From NCBI RefSeq assembly GCF_964355755.1, contig NC_092673.1, positions 35,027,648-35,091,647 of the forward strand: DNA of 64,000 nt, in the 5' to 3' direction. The stretch's first letter is position 1; each line of letters opens with the position of its first letter. Made by a program: the position numbers and the translations under genes. Of the stretch, positions 13,432-23,904 are shown one piece after another. The DNA comes from Antedon mediterranea (taxonomy: Eukaryota > Animalia > Echinodermata). Below the pieces are notes generated by a model. That model had not been told where the DNA came from, did no database searches, and saw only the letters and a list, made by a program, of their open reading frames with translations.

Positions 13432-16400
13432 TAGTCCAGTAAAGATAAGTCAAAAATAGGGTGAACCTAGAACAAATTGCAACAGAATTTTTTTTTTTTT
13501 TGTCTGGTAAATATGGTTCAAATGAATATCATATCCGAAGTTTACCAAAATCGGACATCGGGAAGTGGGTTAATTAGCATAAATTCAAAATGGCCGCCAT
13601 TTGCTATTTTGAAGCCTCATATTTCTCTAACGGTTGGATTTAGACCACCTAAGTGCATTACGAGTAGATATAAATGTGATATTAAACATTCTAATTAGCA
13701 TATTTAAATTTCCATATGACGTACTTATGACGTCATATGGTAGTTGTGACGTCATATATTATGTTATAACTGTTTAAATGACATTATACTATTCAAACAA
13801 TTTAGGGACTGCAAGAAAACATGGTTCTTGACATTCTCCTTGTTAAAATGAACATTATTTCCAAAGTTTACCAAAATCGGACGTCAGGAAGTGGGTTAAT
13901 TAGCATACATTCAAAATGGCCGCTATTTATCATACCATTTTGAAGCTCCATATCTCCTTAACGCTTGGTTTTAGACCACCTAAGTGCATTGAGAGTAGAT
14001 ATAAATGTGATATTAAACTTTATAATTAGCATATTTAAATTGCCATATAACGTACCTATGATGTCATAAGACATATGACGTCATGTATTTTGTCACAATA
14101 ATGCTCAATTGGCATTATTCTAAGGGGAAAATATAGAAACCGAAAGGAAAAAATGTTTTTAATCTCATGAAAATAGTAGAACATTTACCACATCCAGGTT
14201 AAGATCATGGGTATCAGAAGTTATTCGGCCACCCTTCACAACATGCAATAGAACATTTTATATAACACCTATATAAATTCCTGTCATTTGATTGGACGAA
14301 TGTGGGTCACATGGCGTGCAATAGTACGCACTATTCAACGATCGTTAAATAGTACTTTTTGAAACATTTTTGTGTACGAAAAAAAAACGTCTAGATGTTA
14401 TATAAAACAAATAATGAATGTTTTGTATTCGTGTAATGGTACAAATAATGGCACTTGGTGAATGATGAAAGGTTATATCAACTCGGCTTTGCCTCGTTGA
14501 TATAACCTTTCATCATTCACCTCGTGCCATTATTTGTACCATTGCACTCATAAACATTCATTATTTGTATACTAGTTAATTTTCTGCAACTGCAACTTTT
14601 TATAACTGCATATATATCTCATATATCTCATATTTAAAAAAATAGGATTCTTAATTAAGTAATGAGTCTGGGATTTAATAATTCGACCCCATCCTAAATA
14701 TGGAGTTGGATCACAGTAAGTTTCCAATCCAAAGTACATACATAGAAAATGTAATGTTGGCGCCGTCAAAATACTTCCACCATACATGTAGGCACAGCAA
14801 GTCTACTTCATTGGCTTTTCTGATGTCTTTTTAAATTTTGGACCAAACAGTTCTTGCTTCGAATAGAATGCATTCCCCTGTTTCTTTGCAAGTGCAGAGC
14901 ATTACAAAGATGTTGCAAATTTGCTCCTTAAGATGTTTTCTTTAAGTACCAATTATTCCACTATTTTTTGCTTCTTCTGTCTTAAAACGCAATCGCTTTT
15001 TTTAATTATGGCAAAGTAAGATATTTAATAGATCCCCATCTGCATTCAAAGTTTCTATTCCATTTTTCTGACATTTTTTGTCAAGGAAGTTGAATACTGT
15101 CTTGTCGAAAAATAAAATACTGTAATTAGTAGTGGCAAGTTTGAAAATTACTGTATTACCTTAACAACCCCTTTTTGGATTCCGTTGATGTGTATCTTTT
15201 AACTGATGGTTCTTCATCCTAGTTAACACTAGGATGAAGTGTCCTTGTTATATGCTCATTGAATCTTGGAAACAGCATTCAAAAGATAAACATTATATAA
15301 AACATCATAAAAAGTTGTTGTCTCATAAATGATCGACACCAAACAGATGCAATGAAAACTACAGTATGACATTTATCATTTTCATTTCAATTGAGATGAG
15401 TTTGTGGGAATGATGGGTTTGAATAGCCTGACCCACAATCAATCGCCTCATTACAATATTTTTTTTATTCCTTTACCAATTTAAAGAGATAAAGTTCTAA
15501 AAGATGTAGTTTTAGAAAACACAAAACAAGATGTGCGCTTGAGTACAAATCAGTTTCGGAAATACAGTTGATGATCACCTTTCATACGGTTCTGTAGAAT
15601 ATCTATTTTCATAAGATTTTGTAAATGGAAACTTAATAATAAATTTCAATGGTTTTTACATATATATCTACTCGTAATGCACATAGGCTGTCTAAACCCA
15701 ACCGCTAAGGAGATACAGGGCTTCAAAATGGTATTTTGAATTTATGCTAATTGACCCTCTTGAAGTCTGATTTTGGTGAACTTAGGATATCATGTTCATT
15801 TCAACAGGAAATTGTTAGAAAATTGTTTTCCTGCAGTTTCTACATTTTTTAGCATGGGATAATGCCATTTAAACAGTTATAACATAATATATGACGTCAC
15901 AACTACCTTATGACGTCATATTTACGTCATATGGTAATTTAAATGTGCTAATTGGGAAGTTTAATGTCACATTTATATCTACTCGCAATGCACTTTGGTG
16001 GTCTAAAACCACCATTAAGGAGATATAGGGCTTCAAAATGATATAGTAAATAGCGGCCATTTTTAATTTATGCTAATTAACACACTTCCTGACGCCCGAT
16101 TTTGGTAAACTTTGGAAATTATGTTCATTTCAACAAGGAGAATGTTAGGAAACTTGTTTTTCTGCAGTTTCTAAATTGTTCGCATAGTATAATGTCATTT
16201 AAGCATTTATAACATAATTTATGACGTCACAACTACCATATGACGTCATAGGTACGTCCTATGGAAATTTAAATATGCCAGTTAGAATGTTTAATATCAC
16301 ATTTATATCTACTTGTAATGCATATAGGTGGTCTAAATCCAACCGTTAAGGAGATATGGGGCTTTAAAATAGCAAATGGCGGCCATTTTGAATTTATGCT

Positions 16401-16534
16401 AATTAACCCACTTCCCGATGTCCGATTTTGGTAAACTTTGGATATGATGTTCATGTTCACCATATCAACCAAATAAAACAAAAAAAAATTCTGTTGCAAT
16501 TTGTTCTAGGTTCAACCATATTTTTACTGGACTA
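13432..16534. mobile_element. Foldback-type non-autonomous DNA element, ~3.1 kb, long TIRs built of ~320-bp subrepeats
   Basis: Termini TAGTCCAGTAAA / TTTACTGGACTA. 13432-~14130 is the inverted copy of ~15830-16534, and the mirror ORFs 13477+ and 16499- are near-identical. Confidence 0.85.
14255..14571 (+). mobile_element. Hairpin-ended dispersed element (Crypton-like non-autonomous); inverted partial copy at 62600-62740, degenerate copy ~17625-17741
   Basis: ~80-bp imperfect stem closing on ACTCGGC-TTT-GCCTCGT. The 5' part (ATATAAATTCCTGTCATTTGATTGGACGAATGTGGGTCACATGGCGTGCAATAGTACGCACTATTCAACGATCG) recurs reverse-complemented at 62652-62728. The Crypton label is from recollection of similar hairpin elements. 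Confidence 0.65.
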
Positions 16535-17031
16535 CCAAGTTTAATGGCAGTTAACTGTAATATTATGATAGCCAAGTTTAACGGCGGTTAACTGTAATAT
16601 TATTTCATGTTGCTTTAAAAAGAACGATACCACTCTCTCCTTCATATGAATTGTTTAAAATAATCTTTGTTAGGCTTATCTTTCGTATTGATATTATTAA
16701 AGTGGTCAAGGCAAGGGTGCCACAAACCATAGCCATAAAACGGCATAGGTTCAAGTCTCTTTGACCATAGGACAAGTGTTTTGGAAGGATATACAAATGT
16801 GGCAATTTTCAGAAGAGTAGAGGGAACTTTCCCGGTGTCCTGTTTCAGTTCGGTCCTGTCATTATGGACAGAAGAATTAATGATGTGTTTACATAAATAT
16901 TGTATGTGTCGTCCACACCTGTGCACAATTCAGCCAAGTTAGGTTGCAAGACACAGCTCAGTCCCCAACATGTATTTAATATTGGATCAGATTAATGTAA
17001 AATTATTAAATTATTTGTTTTATCAATTCAG

Positions 17032-17960
17032 AATGTCCAGTTATTATCACAATTTATTTCACCAAACACTGGACATATCTACGGTCAGCATATAACAAAG
17101 TTATGTAGACGGCAACAGAAGAGAATTTCTTATGAAATAAAAAGATCTAGACGAATGGGTAGGTATAGAATGCAAGCTCTGTCTATACTAGCAAACTAGT
17201 TTGATGAAATCAACTACCAAATATGGTACTGGAATGCCCAAATATGGTAATGACATCATCATGTCCATATATGGGCACATCACATTTTTTTTGACAAAAA
17301 ATGAAGTGTAGACAGAGCATAGGTTCATTCAACGGTATTATAAGCTTCTCGCCAACAAGTTTTTGGGACTAATCAGGGGACTTTAAATTAAATATATTGA
17401 GGTTTAAAAAGCTTGAAGTATTACAGTGATTATGTAAATATTGTTTACACCACCATTAATTAATAATAATGCTGTGTATATACATTGTCAGGGTCCTAAT
17501 ATGACGATCCCTTGCTTCTTGTGTGGATCAGTTATTGTGTATGAGAATAAAATATTCAACAAATTGAATATCTTGGAGGAGTGCTGACTTATTGAATGGA
17601 ATAATTGAATAAATAGAACAGTAGGTGTGTTATAAAACAAATAATGAAGGTTTATATTGTCAAATTGTGAGCATATTTCATTCGTTAAGATTGGCTGCTC
17701 TGTTTAGACTCCACTCTTCTCATATTCATTCATTATTTGTATTTTATTTTCTTTCAGGATACATGCCAGTAATGTACCGCGATACAATCTTCTTGAAGGA
17801 TCCAGATCTCTTTGGTTCCCATTACGCTGGAGAGGTGAACATTGGTGACGCTGTTCGCTTAGAGCCTAGGCCACTGATAGACTCACCTGTACAGAAAAAA
17901 ACAGAAAAGAAAGAAAGATTTAAAAGATCTACCGAAAGCAAGAAAACTAAAAAGAAATGA
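17032..17960 (+). CDS. MRPS18C: Mitochondrial 28S ribosomal protein S18c (bS18m), last two exons 17032..17158 and 17758..17960
   Basis: The spliced translation [58 protein letters not shown] closely resembles the MRPS18C C-terminal half as I recall it ([22 protein letters not shown]...Q..I...IKRA..MGFMPV.YKD..YLKDP). AG ends 17031, GT at 17159, AG ends 17757 (phase 1), TGA ends 17960. Confidence 0.88.
17175..17319. mobile_element. Tourist/Harbinger-like MITE family (copies also 23093-23254 and ~26680-26842)
   Basis: TIR AGC(T/C)(C/T)TGTCTACACTATCAAACT / AGTTTGATAGTGTAGACA(A/G)AGC, with a shared internal CATATATGGACA(T/A)GATGATGTCAT core. Confidence 0.75.
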
Positions 17961-18170
17961 TAAATGGAAAATTGTAATGGAAGGTAAAATTAAGTTAATG
18001 AAAAAAATATTAGAACATATGCCTGGTTAAATTCTTCTTTGAGTTTATTCAGTTGGTAATTAGTCCATTTATGTAATAACTTGTATATGTTTTTATATCT
18101 GTTAGTTTGTCCATATAATTCATGCAACGGTAAAGGTTTTTATATGCCATTGCATTGTCTAAATGGTATA

Positions 18171-18430
18171 TGCAATAGTAGATTGTTTAATCTACCATTG
18201 CATGACCCAATCATGATTCATGCAATAGTAGATTGTTTAATCTACCATTGCATGACCCAATCATGATTCATGCAATAGTAGATTGTTTAATCTACCATTG
18301 CATGACCCAATCATGATTCATGCAATAGTAGATTGTTTAATCTACCATTGCATGACCCAATCATGATTCATGCAATAGTAATAGTAGATTGTTTAATCTA
18401 CCATTGCATGACCCAATAATGATTCATTCA
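18171..18430. repeat. 50-bp tandem repeat x ~5, each unit a stem-loop
   Basis: TGCAATAGTA at 18171, 18221, 18271, 18321 and 18371. Each unit contains ATGCAATAGTAGATT-gttt-AATCTACCATTGCAT. Confidence 0.95.
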
Positions 18431-20215
18431 ATGGTAAAGGTGTTTATCTGTTATTTATATAATGGTGCGGGTGGTAGATTTGTTTTGCCTTTGCACAAAC
18501 CAACCATTACATAAACCAATCAGTCCAGCGTATTAATATACAATGATACATTTGGTTGGATCTACTGTTGCACGACCAAGACCAAACATGCAGTGGTTGA
18601 TGTTTTTGCTGTATTTGTTTGGTTTATTTTATTAAATGAGATTTGATAGATGAGTTTTGATGGATGTTTGTGGTGGTATAGATACCGCATCCCTTAAAAG
18701 AAAAGATCTGAAAGGCTAATTTGCCTCAAACAATCCGCAATCTAGCCTTGTATATTGATTATGATGCAGTCAATAGGAGAGAGAAGAGTTACTATTTAAA
18801 CGGATTTGAACATACCATTAAAGCCCCATTTGTGTACTTTTGGGGATTTTAGTATTGGTGCAGATCCGTTGGGTGGGAGAAGCAGTCGGACATCCAGTAT
18901 TCATGCAGTTTCAATATTTTTTGTTCAAAATTCTGTGCACGTTGCACGAATCGATGAAGAAAACAATATTTTTCGTCCTCAACACTCAACGAGGAAAATT
19001 GTCATCCCTACCAAGGCCCTCTTCCCCATTCCATGATATCATCATTTAACAAAATATATTGTACTGGCAAAAAATACATAATACGATTTACATAAATGAA
19101 GAGAATTTTTCTGCTTGTTTGTATCAATAAAGTAATAAGTTATTTCTCAATGTTTGCATAAACAGTTGATTTATTAGTAAAAATAAGAAATAATGATTGA
19201 TATTACATAATAAATAAATGACATAATATTGAATACTACTACTACATAAGATTGATCACTGGGCTATTTTGACACCTGCATCGCATTAACAAATTAAAAA
19301 TAAATGATGATAATATTATGATAATGAAAACCAAATAAACTAGAGGCACGAATTAACTATGTAAAATAAATAAATATTGTAATCGGCATATTTACGCCAA
19401 TTAACTGCAATCAAGCACAGATGATTCAGTCTGACCAGGACGATAGCTAGATACACTATTTAAGGAGATCAATGCAAACATTTTAAGTCGATTATTTACC
19501 TTGAAGATTTCGATTTATTTTGGAGTGAACTATTACCAGTTATCATCTTGTTCAAACATTGTTAGCATTCTCCGCGATTGTTACCGTCAATACGCTCATT
19601 CACGGTTTAGACCAGTAATTTCCCTATTTTATTTGTTGACTAATATTATTAACACGATAGCCACTTCTGTACAAACATGTGGCCAAAGCTAATGTCATTA
19701 CCGCGCTGTTTCGTTGCTATGTCTTTCATATCATTCTTTACGTTGGATAAAAATTACCGCTTATTACGTATAGGAGACTACTTAAGACATATGTACATTA
19801 CATAAATCGCCGTTAGCCAGTCATCCGCAGTTTGTTCGTGTACTGACATACTACGGAATCTAGTGTATCTCGTTTACAAATTAAGGGTAATGAGTGAGAC
19901 ATCTTCAAAACTAATTGGTTTGTCATTTTAGTCCGGTGATACCATTCAAGCACTAGTTACAAGCGATGTAATAAGTGCACGTAATGTATTTCTTTGATCG
20001 TGGAATATTGATTTTCACTCTGTTTAACTAAATATCTTTACATTGTAAGTACAGCGGATACCGTTTGGCTTTTTATGAGGCGGTGTAACTACCAATGATT
20101 TTCTAATTTATATAACACTTGAGAGTGATGCTATGATTCTTAACGTTGCAAGGTGGTCGTAAACTTGCCTCTTTTATTTATCGTGACAGAGAAGATATGA
20201 TGGACTTGTTATAAG

Positions 20216-23200
20216 ATGATGCTTCATAAATGTTCGATATGGCCAATCATAATAGTCTTGTTAAACGATATATTATTCTGTGGATCGAATGAGCTCTTAG
20301 TAGTAAATATTTTTCTACCGTGGAAGTCTACCGAAAAAGAAGCATACCCGTTTTTAATTGATCGAGTTAAGCATGTTATACCGCTTGTGGAAAGTCGAGC
20401 AGCAACCAGCCTAGGATCAGGACATCTGCAAATTAATGTACACGATTCTGCTTGCGATACGAGACAAGCCCTTGGTAAAACTGTCGAATGCTATGCAAAT
20501 TCAACCGATATCATCATAGGTCCACCGTGTACCAAGCCCTGTATGAGCGTTACCGACTTAACTAGTTATTGGAATTTACCTTCGATTTCTTGGTTTTGCG
20601 GAGACAAAATTTTATTTTCAAATAAAACTATTTACCCAACGTTCGTTCGAATCGTACCACCATTTTATAAAATCGCCATATTGACTCAAAATGTTATGAC
20701 ATTCTTCGAATGGAAAAGGGCATGTATTATCACTAAAATTGGTTCATTGTACGAGTCTTTAGCAAATGCGATCCAGGTACAAGGCTCGCAAGAAAATTCA
20801 ACCTTCGAGATCATTAGCATTGAAACGTACGCACGCGGTATTAGCCGAGCTTTAGCAAGTAAAATATTAAAGAATATCAAGACCGTTTGTACAGGTAAGT
20901 GGATTCGATTATTTGGTAGTATAGTATCACAGTAAATAATAAATATGTGTTATAGTTTTGAAAATGGTGAAAAGGATGGGTTGTACAACAACTTGATCGA
21001 GTACGTTTGACAAACTGTTATGACATAGTTGACAAGTACATGACATAGTCGACAAGTGTATGATGTCCAATTTGTGACTCCGTGGTGTCAAAAAATCATG
21101 AGTATCTTAAAATAATAATAAAATATGGGCCTAATTAAAAATTAGACAAGTTAATTTCGCATCGATTGCGGTAAGTTTAATAAAATGCTTGTATTGGTAT
21201 TCTTTACTGTGATTATTATTCTTGACTATAGTATTATACATTTGAAAAAGATGATGAATCGTAAGCACGCAAGGTCAACATCGAGACAGAGTGCGCCGAT
21301 CATGCCTCAGGAGATTCTACATCATCCAGATGTAAGCTCCCATCGGGTTGCAAAAGGTTTTCGCAAAATGAATGAATGTATTGCTGTCTTCTTTAAATTG
21401 TATGTACCGGATAATAACGATAAATGAACGCCCACAATATCGTGACAGAGTGTCCGGCATGTAGCCTCTGTCTCGAAAGAATAGGCCTATGCAACAACAT
21501 CCATATAATGTTGTTCTGTATGACTATACAGGTCATTTAGATAAACCCGTATGTATAAATCAGAAATGAACTTTGAAAATCGCGACAGGAGAGTTCCCGT
21601 GTTATGTGCTCATCGGTGACTGAGATTGTTGATCATCCAAAATTGATGATGCAAGTTACCTATAACTATAATGCGTTCATATGATTTGAATTATTTTTAT
21701 TCTTTCTAATTTGCATAACTCTAAATTTAATGACACCTGTATAATACTATCTAAGAATAAAGATTATTATAATGTGTACAGAACACTTTAATGTACGTTT
21801 CTGGTAATGTTCAACATTTATCCAATTACACCTATTGCAATGGAAGTTAATTTAACAATCTTTACCGTTGCCTCGCGTGACATACATTTCGAAACTCGAA
21901 GAAAAGTCTTATTTTGTTGACGCACTATAAAATCAAATTCGAGTACTATAGGCCTACAGTATGCGGTTCGTAGTAACACATTTTAAAGTATTAATACTCC
22001 TATACATTAATTATGAAAAGGAATATGCATTGCTTCGAATTTAATTAGAGATTAACATGGAGTCATTTGAAGATTACATTTAAATTACGTGTAATCTGAA
22101 CAGTTCATGAATTCTTATTTCAGAATATTCATGGAAAAATAATTACCAAACGCTTTAGCACATTAAACATGTGGCAGCTGCTTGTCACGTATGTGACGCA
22201 TTCGACACAAATAAATCTAGTTTAGAAATTACACTATGAGCAAACGATTAAGTATGCTTTTCACTGTACTTAACTTGTTGGTCATTTTATTACACTTGTA
22301 AACTGGATCATTAGCATTTCCATCCACGTGATCAATCGCGTCGAGCGTAGTGCGCGTTTAAAAAAAGTTAATGAATATTCTAAAGTATCAATATCTATTT
22401 CTTGATATCTTACTTAAATCGGCTTATCTTATCTTATCTTATCTTATCTTCCACCGAAATAACAAGATTAGTCTTAGCATGAAACAACAAATATTGATAA
22501 TTTAAAGCAAGGTTCCAGGGTGGAAAACCCAAAAAATCACGGAATAGAAAATAAAATATGAAAGAAAGGAAGAAAACTTTTATTGGACATGATATTTTAT
22601 GACTTATTTCCCTTTAAAGATATATTGTTCCCCCTGAAAAAATAAATGTTTTTGTTGAATATGCCATTTTAATGTCACATGCATAGTAGTTATTCACTTT
22701 GACCAAAAATGAATTGTTTACCTGAAAAAAAAAACCCGCAAACAATGACATATTGACTGGAAGTCAATGGGTTTTTGTTTCAATCTGTTTTTTATTTTGT
22801 CTTTTTATAAGTAAAAACATTTTTTTTTCTACGGAAGTGATTAACTTGATAAAACCACGGAATGACCTATTCAAAGTTTTTTTTTAAATAATAATCTTAA
22901 TTTTTCATGTTTTTTGAAGAAAATAAATCTTTAACCTCTCATTCAAAAGTTGTTCAAAAGTCATGGAATTTTTGGCTAGAAATTACTGTTAAGAAATTAC
23001 GCTGGATTACATGACCACAAAAAGACAGCAACGTAGATCATACAATGGTATAATGCTTGAACTTATAATTCAATAAGTGACAATTATCTTAAAAGCCTTG
23101 TCTACACTATCAAACTTTATGTGACAAAAACATGTGACCATATATGGACAAGATGATGTCATATCCCTATCATATTTAAGCATATATCACTACCATATTT

Positions 23201-23842
23201 GGGCACATCACACTTTTTTGTTGTCAAACTAGTTTGATAGTGTAGACAAAGCTTAAAGATGTATTGTCCCTTGAAACACAAAAAAATGAAGGTTAAAATA
23301 TTCTAAATTTAAAGTGGCCATATCAAAGTAATATTAAAGTTATTCACTTTAAGTCGAAAATGTGAGCCAAAAACAACAAGTTTACGTAATTAACAGGTAA
23401 ATTAGTTTGATTACATTTCATCTGGAAAATCGTCATGAGCGAAAGTAAACAAAGATTTCAAACCATGAGTACGCATTATGCATATGCTAAATTAGGATTG
23501 TTTACAACTCGTCACGGTTAAGAAGGTATTTCCACACAGATCATTAGGAAGTTTTATGATTATGCATACAGAGTAGCCAAACAAGCGCGTTTCATTATGG
23601 GATATGTTTTGATTGAAAACTTTGACTGGAAGTCAGAGTTATTTTTTTAACAAAAAAACGTCTGTATTTCAGTAAAAAAAATTTTTTTTCGAAAAATTTT
23701 TGGTGATAGTTAATAACTATTATGATACTTCAAAATGACGCACCTTTTTTCGAAATCTATTATTTTTTATTTTTTTGGAATTAGTCAAAGGGACAATACA
23801 TCTTTAAGTTTCACAAGTTTGACGGTCGCAAAAACAACTTAC

Positions 23843-23904
<62 letters not shown>

